Of a DNA stretch of 60,388 bases, positions 50,171 through 58,677 are shown one piece after another (position 1 is the stretch's first letter; every line of letters starts with the position of its first letter). The DNA lies in the NCBI GenBank assembly GCA_945885515.1, contig CAMCZA010000001.1, positions 1 through 60,388 on the forward strand, written 5' to 3'. The stretch comes from Ferrithrix thermotolerans DSM 19514 (GTDB taxonomy: Bacteria; Actinomycetota; Acidimicrobiia; Acidimicrobiales; Ilumatobacteraceae). The notes below the pieces were generated by a model. It searched no databases. It saw nothing but the letters and a program-made list of their open reading frames with translations, and was not told the origin of the DNA. The position numbers and the translations under genes are program-made.

Positions 50171-51376
50171 ATGAAAATAGAAAAAATTCAAACGTTTGTT
50201 GTCGGCAATCCACCACCGCGCACAGGTGGTCGTTATTTTATTTTCGTAAAATTAACAACTGATACTGGCGTCACCGGTATTGGTGAGATTTATACCGCGA
50301 CTTACTCGCCGCAAATTGTTTGCAAAGTCGCAGAAGATATGTTTGCTCGTTACATTTTTGGCACCGATCCATTTCATATCGAAAAAATGTGGCGTCGAAC
50401 TTATGGTTCGGGTTTCGCGCACCGCCCAGACTTCAGCACGGCTGGCGTCGTCAGCGGTTTAGAAATGGCGATGTGGGATATTTGTGGCAAAGACACCGGC
50501 AAGCCTGTTTACGAGTTGCTCGGCGGTCAAGTTCACGACCGGTTGCGTTGCTATACGTATTTATATCCATCACATGAGTTTGATGCGCACTCTGATCATC
50601 CGCTTTACACCGATCCAGATCTTGCCGCTGAGGCTGCCGTTCGCGAAGTTGAGCGAGGTTTTACCGCGGTAAAACTAGACCCTGCTGGGCCGTATTCGGT
50701 TTTTGATGGACGTCAGCCGTCGCTTGCAACGATTGATCGTAGCGTGCGAATGGTTGCTGCAATTCGCAAAGCAGTTGGCAATCGCGCCGATATTTTGTTT
50801 GGCACGCACGGTCAGTTCACGGCTTCTGGTGCGATTCGTTTGGCAAAACAACTTGAGCCTTACGACCCGATGTGGTTCGAAGAGCCGATTCCACCTGACG
50901 CCCCAGAAGAAATGGCCAAAGTCGCAGCGCATACAAGTATTCCGATTGCAACTGGTGAACGGCTCACTTCAAAGTACGAGTTCGCACATTTGTTGCGCGT
51001 CGGCGGTGCGTCGATTATTCAGTTGGCGACTGGGCGTTGCGGTGGAATTCTTGAAGGCAAAAAGATTGCATCAATTGCCGAGACATATCATGCGCAAATT
51101 GCTCCGCATCTTTACTGCGGACCGATTGAAGGTGCGGCGAATATTCAATTGAGTACTTGCACACCAAACTTTTTGATTCTTGAGAGCATTCAAGACTGGG
51201 GTGGTTTTCACGCCAAGATTTTAAAGAAGCCGATTCAATTTGAAAACGGTTATGTCATCCCGTCTAAAGAACCTGGACTCGGCGTCGAGTTGAATGAAGA
51301 AGTCGCACTCGCACATCCATACACGGGCACTGATCTGCATCTCAACGAGCGTCAAACCCCTGCCGACCTAAGTTAA
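50171..51376 (+). CDS. Enolase-superfamily sugar-acid dehydratase (galactonate dehydratase/mandelate racemase-like)
   Basis: GIGEIY..., MAMWDICGKDTGKPVYELLGG, WFEEP, ATGER. 401 aa. Confidence 0.8.
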   Translation: MKIEKIQTFVVGNPPPRTGGRYFIFVKLTTDTGVTGIGEIYTATYSPQIVCKVAEDMFARYIFGTDPFHIEKMWRRTYGSGFAHRPDFSTAGVVSGLEMAMWDICGKDTGKPVYELLGGQVHDRLRCYTYLYPSHEFDAHSDHPLYTDPDLAAEAAVREVERGFTAVKLDPAGPYSVFDGRQPSLATIDRSVRMVAAIRKAVGNRADILFGTHGQFTASGAIRLAKQLEPYDPMWFEEPIPPDAPEEMAKVAAHTSIPIATGERLTSKYEFAHLLRVGGASIIQLATGRCGGILEGKKIASIAETYHAQIAPHLYCGPIEGAANIQLSTCTPNFLILESIQDWGGFHAKILKKPIQFENGYVIPSKEPGLGVELNEEVALAHPYTGTDLHLNERQTPADLS

Positions 51377-51399
51377 CTCCACACACTTTGGCGTCTGAC

Positions 51400-53037
51400 T
51401 TATAAGACTTTTATTGTCCTGGTGTGATAGCCAGTTGCGCCGTCTGGGTCTGGTCGACTGACTTCCTGCGTTTGAGTTGCGCCAGTTTTGTCGGTAGCGC
51501 GAACTTGAATTTCGTATTCACCCGGTTGGAGATTTGATTCATATTTCCATTGCCGCCAGGTGTCAATATTCAAGTCGAGTGCAAGAGTTGCAAGTTTCCA
51601 TTCTCCAGCATCAATTCGTACTTCAACTTTTTCGATTCCGCGCTGTTGTGCCCAGGCGACACCGGCAATTGCAATCTTTCCTGCGACGACATTCTCGTCT
51701 CGGCGGGGCACATCAATTCGTGACTGTGTTTTGATCGGCGCATCACGCGACCATCCGAGCGGAATCCAATATCCTTCGGCTTGGTTCCACATCGTCAAGT
51801 CGATGCTCTTGAGCCACTTAGTTGCACTGACATACCCATAAAGTCCAGGGACAATTAATCGCACAGGGTACCCGTGTTCAAGGGGCAGTGCAGTACCGTT
51901 CATGCCGATCGCGATCATCGCATCGCGTCCATCAACTGCTGCACCAACCGGGAACCCGCAAGTCCAGCCATCAACGCTGGTGTTGAAGATTTGTTCTGCT
52001 CGCGAGTCGACACCTGCTTCGTCGAGTAAATCGGCTAGAAGTACACCTTGCCAAATCGCATTACCGATATATGGTCCACCGACTTCATTAGAAACACAAC
52101 AGATAGTTATTGTGCGCTCGACCATTGGTCGTGCAAGCAAGTCTTGATAAGACAGCGTCAGCGGTGTTTTAACCATTCCGCCAATTTCAAGTTTCCAAGT
52201 GTTGATATCAACTCTTGGTAATGACAATGCCGTATCAATTCGATAAAAATCTTTATTTGGCGTCACAAATGGCGTTTGCTCAAAAATCTGTGTCGCGGAA
52301 GGAATCTTCGTAGTCGGCAGAACCGTGTTGTTGCCTATTGGTGGCAACGACTGCGGTGCTGCATCACGAACCTGAGAAATTTTTTTACTGCTAACTACGC
52401 TGGCCGTGCCAGCCAATGCCGTTGAGATGATGGCGACTTTTCCTGTTGTGGACAAGAATCGTCGGCGATCCCACCCGAGTGGCGCGCGAGATGTGGTGGG
52501 TGTTTCAAGGGGTTTGCTATTTTCATTAATCACGCAAATTAATTTTGTGAGCAACCAGCATCCCGCAAGTGCGCCAACGAGACTGGGCAATAGCGCGGCA
52601 GCGTTTTGTGACGGTCGAAGCAGAGAAATTATTGCTCCGACGACACCGAATCCTGCGATGATGCTGGCACCAGCGATTCTTCGACGCCTTGCAATTGAGC
52701 CGGCTAAAAGTGCGAGACACGAGACAGTTAGCAGCATGCCTGTTTTGAGTGCGGCCTTATTGTTTGTGGCAAAAATACGGATGGCGAAATTTTTCAACCA
52801 CTTTGGCGTGTGATCAATGAACTCACCACCGATGGCATTTAATGGTGTCTCGACATTGATAATCACTGCGATAAGAGTGGCAATAGATAAAGCAAAGAGC
52901 GCCGAAATGAGCCCCGCAATAGGTGCTGTCCAAATTGGTGCTTGAAAACTTTGTTTTTGTGGGGCAGATCGGTCAATCTCGGGTTGATAAACCGCACTGC
53001 TCGGCACTTTATTGAAAATGTTTATAGAACGAAGCAT
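51400..53037 (-). CDS. Membrane-anchored molybdopterin-dependent (sulfite-oxidase-fold) oxidoreductase
   Basis: About 5 N-terminal TM segments, then a SUOX-like domain with TICCVSNEVGG (candidate Mo-ligand Cys) and a C-terminal Ig-like domain. Confidence 0.7.
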   Translation of the reverse strand: MLRSINIFNKVPSSAVYQPEIDRSAPQKQSFQAPIWTAPIAGLISALFALSIATLIAVIINVETPLNAIGGEFIDHTPKWLKNFAIRIFATNNKAALKTGMLLTVSCLALLAGSIARRRRIAGASIIAGFGVVGAIISLLRPSQNAAALLPSLVGALAGCWLLTKLICVINENSKPLETPTTSRAPLGWDRRRFLSTTGKVAIISTALAGTASVVSSKKISQVRDAAPQSLPPIGNNTVLPTTKIPSATQIFEQTPFVTPNKDFYRIDTALSLPRVDINTWKLEIGGMVKTPLTLSYQDLLARPMVERTITICCVSNEVGGPYIGNAIWQGVLLADLLDEAGVDSRAEQIFNTSVDGWTCGFPVGAAVDGRDAMIAIGMNGTALPLEHGYPVRLIVPGLYGYVSATKWLKSIDLTMWNQAEGYWIPLGWSRDAPIKTQSRIDVPRRDENVVAGKIAIAGVAWAQQRGIEKVEVRIDAGEWKLATLALDLNIDTWRQWKYESNLQPGEYEIQVRATDKTGATQTQEVSRPDPDGATGYHTRTIKVL

Positions 53038-53070
53038 AGTTAGTTGGCGATTGATCAGCCAAGGGATACC

Positions 53071-53154
53071 GTGCAGTCAGTGAATAACTTTGCAATCGTT
53101 GCCCATCACACTCATCATCACGTGCATCACGTGACACGACGGGCTCATTTGTAA
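53071..53154 (+). CDS. His-rich leader peptide ORF VQSVNNFAIVAHHTHHHVHHVTRRAHL (alternative start GTG 53080)
   Basis: AAGGGA at 53061-53066. Seven His codons fall within nine codons at 53104-53130. Stop TAA at 53152-53154. The ORF is too short for the supplied track. Confidence 0.6.
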   Translation: MQSVNNFAIVAHHTHHHVHHVTRRAHL

Positions 53155-53188
53155 CGCTTCAAATTTAATTTCGAAGTTCAGCCCGTCG
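53137..53188 (+). promoter_or_regulatory. Candidate antiterminator: CGACGGGCT (53137-53145) pairs perfectly with AGCCCGTCG (53180-53188)
   Basis: 9/9 Watson-Crick complementarity read directly. The 3' arm overlaps the terminator 5' arm. Confidence 0.55.
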
Positions 53189-53208
53189 GTTCGCCCGGCG
53201 GGTTTTTT
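53182..53208 (+). terminator. Intrinsic terminator: CCCGTCGG-ttcgc-CCGGCGGG followed by TTTTTT
   Basis: 8-bp GC-rich stem with one G-U pair, a 5-nt loop and a U6 tract at 53203-53208. Confidence 0.7.
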
Positions 53209-53240
53209 ATTTATACCCACTTTTGATCAGGAGATATCCA

Positions 53241-53321
53241 ATGAAAACAGAGAAAGCACAAGAAATTGATTTTGAGAAACTAAATGGCTTGGTGCCCGCA
53301 GTAATTCAAGATTCAAAATAG
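53241..53321 (+). pseudogene. hisI: hisI (phosphoribosyl-AMP cyclohydrolase) 5' remnant: 26 codons then TAG
   Basis: AGGAG lies 7 nt upstream. MKTEKAQEIDFEKLNGLVPAVIQDSK matches the conserved HisI N-terminus (ELDWEKtDGLmPvIVQ...). No continuation appears in any frame, and a convergent SDR gene follows. Confidence 0.65.
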
Positions 53322-53339
53322 TCTTTTCGGTCGCAAGAT

Positions 53340-54125
53340 CTAACGGGGAATTGTCGACATCACCATGTCGACAATTCTTTGTGGTGCCCCGCTAAGAATT
53401 GGATAGATCTTTCCACGAAGCGGCAGGCAAACATGTCTACGATTTTTTTCTATCGCACGACGAACATTGCGTGCCACCCGCTCGCGAGAAACCTCCGGCA
53501 GTAATTGTAATTTTTGTAGTCGCTTAAACATTTTGAATGTTGCTTCAACTTGATACACACCGGCCAACATGTCTGTTGGTATCGGACCAATTTCAACTAG
53601 CGTCATGCCTATTGGGGTGCCGTGCAGTTCGTGGCGTAATACGCGATGAAAACCCGATAGCCCAGACTTTGAGGATGAATAGAGAGTCATACCAACAAAT
53701 CCACCACTTGCGGCCAAAGAAGAAATATTAACAATGTGGCCATTTTGCCGTTGGCGCATACCAACCAGAACTTGACGAGTTAAGTCAATTGGCGTGATTT
53801 GGTTAGTAATAATTACTTGGCGAATATCGTCGCTCGTTGCGTCTTGCAATAATCCAGTGTGGTCGACGCCTGCATTATTTATAAGTACATCAATTGGCCC
53901 GTGCTCTGATTCAATTTTTTTAATCAACGACGAGACCGCGTTCAAATCAGACAAGTCACAACATACACAGGTGCCACCAATTGGGTGCATGGCTAGTTCT
54001 AATCGTTGAATATCACGGGCAACACCAATTATCTTTGCCCCTGCACGAGACAGCTCAATTGCGATCGCTTCGCCAATTCCGCGTGAAGCGCCAGTGACAA
54101 GAACGGTTTTATTTTTTAAATCCAT
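53340..54125 (-). CDS. Short-chain dehydrogenase/reductase (start taken at ATG 54125; the ORF track extends to 54209)
   Basis: MDLKNKTVLVTGASRGIGEAIA, NNAG, and YSSSK (YxxxK). Confidence 0.85.
   Translation of the reverse strand: MDLKNKTVLVTGASRGIGEAIAIELSRAGAKIIGVARDIQRLELAMHPIGGTCVCCDLSDLNAVSSLIKKIESEHGPIDVLINNAGVDHTGLLQDATSDDIRQVIITNQITPIDLTRQVLVGMRQRQNGHIVNISSLAASGGFVGMTLYSSSKSGLSGFHRVLRHELHGTPIGMTLVEIGPIPTDMLAGVYQVEATFKMFKRLQKLQLLPEVSRERVARNVRRAIEKNRRHVCLPLRGKIYPILSGAPQRIVDMVMSTIPR
53348..53377. repeat. Perfect 13-bp palindromic hairpin GAATTGTCGACAT-cacc-ATGTCGACAATTC inside the last codons of the SDR gene
   Basis: Read directly. It starts 27 nt after the hisI-stub stop and is followed by TTTGT on the plus strand. 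Confidence 0.85.
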
Positions 54126-54140
54126 ACTTTTGAATCGTAT

Positions 54141-55472
54141 ATGGCTAAAGATGAGCCATCGTGCCCCCGTTGTATATCTGACCGTGAGTCTGCAGTTCGT
54201 TGCTGGCATCTGATTGGTGTAACACTCGTATCGGTGAATTCTTCAATCCAAACGAGTGGAATTCGACCGAGTGAACTTCTTGCGATCCGACCGTTTCGTC
54301 TGCTGTGGATCAACAGTTTTCTGTTCATACTTGTGCAGAGCACCCAGCGTTTCGCATTTGTCTGGTTAGCACTTGAATTAGGCGCCAAGTCAGACATCAG
54401 TGGACTGATTCTTTTCGTCATGGGTATTCCGGTGTTATTAATTTCTTTACCGATAGGCGTGATGAGCGATCACATGAATCGGCGCACGCTACTTATGGTC
54501 AGCCAACTTGGTGCGTTGGTAATCACAACTGTGGTTGCAGTAATGGTGACGGCCCAGCAGATGACGGTCAACCGGGCGATCATCGGATCATTTATTGCTG
54601 GCATATTTATCGCAATCGGTTCGCCGGTGCGTTCGGCAATTGTTCCAACGGTTGTGCCCCAAGACAAACTTGTCGGCGCAATTGCGGTCAATACAATCGG
54701 CAGCAATCTTGGGCTAATGATTGGTCCTGCAACTGCGGGCCCGGCGATTGCGATTTGGGGGATTGAAGGCGCATTCTGGATTCAAGCACTATTGAACCTT
54801 TTTGGGTTTTTTGCTTTGATCAATTTAAAACTTCCAGCGACTCTGAATACACAGCGTCGGCGACTGCGCGAAGAAATATTTGGTGGGCTCACATTTATTG
54901 GTGGGCATGCAGAAGTGCGATCGTTTTATGTCTTACTCAGTGGTTCGATTTTATTTATGATGGCGCCGTGGATCGTTCTTGGTCCGCAGCTTGCCAAAGA
55001 ACAAGTAGGCGCGACGGGCAGTCAGACGACATATATGTTTGCGATGCTTGGGCTGGGTCAGTTCGTTACATCTATCGGAATTCTGCGGTACAACCACAAA
55101 ATGGTGCAAAAAGGAATGTGGTTTATTGGTGGTTTGTGTTGGGGGTCGTTGGTGCAAATCGTGCTCGGTCAGTCAAGTTCGCTCCTGATGATGAGTGTGC
55201 TGTTGTTTGCGTGGGGAGTGGGCGGTGGTTTCTATATGAATTTGAGTCAGACTCTGATTCAGAACAACACACCACCACAAGTAATGGGACGCGTTATGGC
55301 GGTGCACTCACTAATAATGTCCGGGCTTGCGCCGATCGGTGCCCTCATTGTTGGAGTGATTGCGCGTCGAGTTGATTCTGCTCCGATGACATTTTCAGTT
55401 ACTGGTTTATTGATGTTGGTGACGGCGGTTTATTTCTTGGTTGTCAAGAAAAATCTGCGAGCAATGTCGTAA
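54141..55472 (+). CDS. MFS transporter (EntS/MFS_3-like); the true start is possibly GTG 54234
   Basis: RPFRLLWINSFL at the N-terminus and about 12 TM segments. Confidence 0.75.
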   Translation: MAKDEPSCPRCISDRESAVRCWHLIGVTLVSVNSSIQTSGIRPSELLAIRPFRLLWINSFLFILVQSTQRFAFVWLALELGAKSDISGLILFVMGIPVLLISLPIGVMSDHMNRRTLLMVSQLGALVITTVVAVMVTAQQMTVNRAIIGSFIAGIFIAIGSPVRSAIVPTVVPQDKLVGAIAVNTIGSNLGLMIGPATAGPAIAIWGIEGAFWIQALLNLFGFFALINLKLPATLNTQRRRLREEIFGGLTFIGGHAEVRSFYVLLSGSILFMMAPWIVLGPQLAKEQVGATGSQTTYMFAMLGLGQFVTSIGILRYNHKMVQKGMWFIGGLCWGSLVQIVLGQSSSLLMMSVLLFAWGVGGGFYMNLSQTLIQNNTPPQVMGRVMAVHSLIMSGLAPIGALIVGVIARRVDSAPMTFSVTGLLMLVTAVYFLVVKKNLRAMS

Positions 55473-55482
55473 ACTCATCGTC

Positions 55483-55842
55483 ATGACAATTTCATTTAGG
55501 GCAGGCGAAATCTCCGCGGCAGAACTTGCTGCAAAACCACTCGGACAACCATCGGCAGAGCCGCTGACTGGCGAGATCATGACACGAGCGAAAGTTTTTT
55601 TAGACAATGAAACTGTCACGGCTGGTACATGGGAGTGTGAAGTCGGTGCGTCTCGCTGGGAGTTCACCACACGCGGCGAAGTTATTTATGTTCTATCGGG
55701 CCGGATGACAGTGCATGAAGACGGTGGAGATGCCGTTGAACTCACTGCTGGTTCGAGTTGCATCTTTCCGATTGGATGGAAAGGCAAGTGGACCGTTCAC
55801 GAAACTCTACGAAAAGTTTTCGTCGTCTACCGTACGAACTAG
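55483..55842 (+). CDS. Cupin_3 (DUF861) domain protein
   Basis: GTWECEVGASRWEFTTRGEVIYVLSGRMTV...AGSSCIFPIGWKGKWTVHETLRKVFVVY. ATG 55483 follows the MFS stop. Confidence 0.7.
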   Translation: MTISFRAGEISAAELAAKPLGQPSAEPLTGEIMTRAKVFLDNETVTAGTWECEVGASRWEFTTRGEVIYVLSGRMTVHEDGGDAVELTAGSSCIFPIGWKGKWTVHETLRKVFVVYRTN

Positions 55843-55850
55843 CTTTTTAT

Positions 55851-57434
55851 TTAATCAACGAGTACGCGGATGAATTGTGGTCCACCGTGCGAAAATGCAG
55901 TTCGCAAAGCATCTGATAGTTGTTGCGGAGTTTTCACTTCGGTAGCAGTCCAGCCAAAACCACGGGCGATTGCAGATGGATCATGCGACGAAACATTGAC
56001 ACCAATTTGTGGTGCTTGAACCTCATCGAATGATTCGCGGATTTGTTCGTAACCGCTGTTGTCCCACAACACAAGGACAATGTTGCAGTTCATGTCTTGC
56101 GCTGCCGCCATCTCGGCAACCGTAAATAGCCAACCGCCATCGCCAGCGATTACTAAAACTGGTCGCTGTGGTGCTGCGATGCTTGCACCAATCGCCATTG
56201 GTAGTGCACAGCCCAAAGTGCCGAACCCATATGGGGCGAGCCACGACCGAGACTGCGTTGCTGGCAACCACCAATGCGCGCTATAACCCAATTGCGTTGA
56301 GTCAAGTGCGACGATTGCGTCAGTCGGCAGTTCATTTTCGATTGCTATTAGCCACGGTACAAAACTTTGACTCGTTTTTTTGCGCGCATGTTCACGCCAA
56401 GTGTGGGCACGAGTTGCCCCTTCTTGACGCGCGTGCGACTTAATTCCGATAGTCAGCGCCTGCATCGTAAGTGCCGCATCGCCAACAAGTCCAACTTTCG
56501 GGGTAGTTCGTCGCGTCATTTGTTGCGGATCAATATCGATGCGAATCACTTTCCCAGAAAAGTTTAAAGCCCGACCATTGTTGTAAAGATCTGTATCCGA
56601 GAGCTCTGTGCCGACAACCAATACGACATCTGATGCTTCAACATCGCGTTGGACTCGACCGAACACAAGACAGTTGCCTGCACATAACTGGTGAGACGAT
56701 GAGATCACACCTTTGGCATTGCCCGTTAGAAGTACTGGCGCATTCAAAGCTTCAGCTAGCGCTATTAGTTGTGTCGCCGCGTCAATGGTGCCACCGCCAG
56801 CGATTATCACGGGACTCTGTGCAGAGTTAAAAATTTCAAGTGCTTGCGAAATCTCTGTTGTTGCTGCTGCTGTGCGCTTTAGAGATGTATCAACGCGAGT
56901 AAATATCTCGCAAGTTTGAGCAAGAATATCCATCGGAATCGCAATGTGTACTGGCCGAGGTCGCGCAGAAGTAAAAACATTCCATGCACGCTCAATTAGC
57001 GCCGGTAACTGAGTTATATCGGTGACAGTTTCGCTGAACGCGCAAATAGATCTGACAAGTTCTGCTTGATCAGGTAAATCGTGCAACGGACCAAAACTTT
57101 TTCCGAGCGCATCAGTCGGGGTGGTTGATGCCAACACGAGCATCGCTCGCGAGTCGTGATACGCCTGAGCGATTGGCGTCATCACATTGGTGATTCCTGG
57201 TCCACTAATTAAAACGCAGACTCCAGGTCGACCAGTGACGATCGACCAACCGTCGGCCATGAACCCAGCACCTTGCTCGTGTCGTGGCGAAACTGCGCGC
57301 ACACCCGAGCGATGCAGACCGCGATAAAGCTCGATGTTGTGCACCCCCGGTATGCCAAAAACAACATCAACCCCGTATTCGCAGGCGAGCAATTCAACAA
57401 TCGCCTCGCCAACTCGAAGTTGTGGGCTAGACAT
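55851..57434 (-). CDS. Thiamine-diphosphate-dependent 2-oxoacid decarboxylase/acetolactate-synthase-like enzyme (possibly the AruI-like 5-guanidino-2-oxopentanoate decarboxylase family)
   Basis: FGIPGVHNIELY, PRHEQGAGFMADGW, and ThDP motif GDGGWLF...NIVLVLWDNSGY. 527 aa. Confidence 0.75.
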   Translation of the reverse strand: MSSPQLRVGEAIVELLACEYGVDVVFGIPGVHNIELYRGLHRSGVRAVSPRHEQGAGFMADGWSIVTGRPGVCVLISGPGITNVMTPIAQAYHDSRAMLVLASTTPTDALGKSFGPLHDLPDQAELVRSICAFSETVTDITQLPALIERAWNVFTSARPRPVHIAIPMDILAQTCEIFTRVDTSLKRTAAATTEISQALEIFNSAQSPVIIAGGGTIDAATQLIALAEALNAPVLLTGNAKGVISSSHQLCAGNCLVFGRVQRDVEASDVVLVVGTELSDTDLYNNGRALNFSGKVIRIDIDPQQMTRRTTPKVGLVGDAALTMQALTIGIKSHARQEGATRAHTWREHARKKTSQSFVPWLIAIENELPTDAIVALDSTQLGYSAHWWLPATQSRSWLAPYGFGTLGCALPMAIGASIAAPQRPVLVIAGDGGWLFTVAEMAAAQDMNCNIVLVLWDNSGYEQIRESFDEVQAPQIGVNVSSHDPSAIARGFGWTATEVKTPQQLSDALRTAFSHGGPQFIRVLVD

Positions 57435-57439
57435 CTGAA

Positions 57440-58624
57440 TTAATTCGCAGTCGCAATTAGTTTTTCGGCTAGTTGCCGGATGCGGCTACATGCATCTTTT
57501 AAAATTTCAGATTCAACTGTTAGTGCGATCCGAATATGTCCGGCACCACCATTACCAAAACTTTCGCCAGGCATCACACTGACATTATGTTGATTTAGAA
57601 GTTGCCATGCAAATTCTTCGCCGGATAATTTTGTCTTGCGCACGTCAAGCATCACGAACATACCGCCCTCGGGCATACGTGCGCTGATCACTTTTGACCC
57701 AGCGAAAGACTTGATTAATGTTTCTGCGCGTTCACGAAATGCAAGACGCAATCGTTCAACCTCTGGATGTTGCTCATTTAATGCGACCGCGAGCGCGTCT
57801 TCTAAGAACGGTTGTGATCCAAATAACATCGCTTCTGCCACCAGAGTCAGTCGTGGAATCACATCTTGGTGACACGCAACCCAACCTGCGCGAAAACCTG
57901 GCAGGGCATGCGATTTAGAGATAGACGACACCGCAAGTGTGCGATCACGCAGGTGCGGTCGATCAAACGGCGAGCAAAATGGGGCGTCGTAAGTCATGTC
58001 TGCGTATACCTCATCGCAGATGATCCATAAATCATGGCGTTCGCAGACCTCGCCGATCGCGTCTATCTCACTGACTGATAACACAGCACCTGTCGGATTA
58101 CTTGGCGTGTTAAGCAGCAGAACTTTCGTACGTGAAGTAATTGCGTTTTCAATTGATTGTGCTGTGACGTGAAAATTATTTTCAGGCAATGTTGCGACTG
58201 ATACAAAAGTTGCGCCAGATGCCGCAACCAGGCCTTCGTAAGTTGCATAATACGGATCGGGAACGAGTACTTCATCGCCAACTTGTACGAGCGTCAGCAA
58301 CGCGGTGCACAATCCATTTTGTGTGCCAGCTGTGTATAGAACTTGTTCGGGTGTGACGAGAAGCCCGGAGCGTTTGGTTAAGTGATTTGCGATTGCCTGC
58401 AATGCTTCGGGTTCGCCCTGACCGTGTGCATAGCGAGTGCGACCTTGACGCATCGCAGTTGCGGCTTTGTTGATCACACTTGCTGGTGGTGGCAAATCAG
58501 GTTCGCCGATTGATAAAAGAATTATTTCTTCACCTAAACCTGAACGGCGTAAACCTTCGGCATGAACAGCCCATTTAGCCGCACCCAATCCTGCGAGTCG
58601 ATCAGTGATTGGCGCAAACTTCAT
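57440..58624 (-). CDS. Class I/II pyridoxal-phosphate aminotransferase (AspC/AruH-like)
   Basis: NTPSNPTG, and SISKSHALPGFRAG (PLP lysine). 394 aa. Lies 5 nt upstream of the ThDP enzyme gene. Confidence 0.85.
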   Translation of the reverse strand: MKFAPITDRLAGLGAAKWAVHAEGLRRSGLGEEIILLSIGEPDLPPPASVINKAATAMRQGRTRYAHGQGEPEALQAIANHLTKRSGLLVTPEQVLYTAGTQNGLCTALLTLVQVGDEVLVPDPYYATYEGLVAASGATFVSVATLPENNFHVTAQSIENAITSRTKVLLLNTPSNPTGAVLSVSEIDAIGEVCERHDLWIICDEVYADMTYDAPFCSPFDRPHLRDRTLAVSSISKSHALPGFRAGWVACHQDVIPRLTLVAEAMLFGSQPFLEDALAVALNEQHPEVERLRLAFRERAETLIKSFAGSKVISARMPEGGMFVMLDVRKTKLSGEEFAWQLLNQHNVSVMPGESFGNGGAGHIRIALTVESEILKDACSRIRQLAEKLIATAN

Positions 58625-58677
58625 AGCGCTATAAATATACGTTCTACAGCACTGTTTAAAAGTTGTCTACGGATTGA

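Noticed and set aside
44966-53037. Sulfoquinovose or organosulfonate degradation cluster (sulfotransferase plus ALDH/HIBADH/aldolase plus sulfite-oxidase-fold enzyme)
   Set aside because: No signature enzymes are present: no sulfoquinovosidase, SuyAB, Xsc, sulfolactate dehydrogenase or sulfite exporter. The sulfur link rests only on two flanking genes on the opposite strand.
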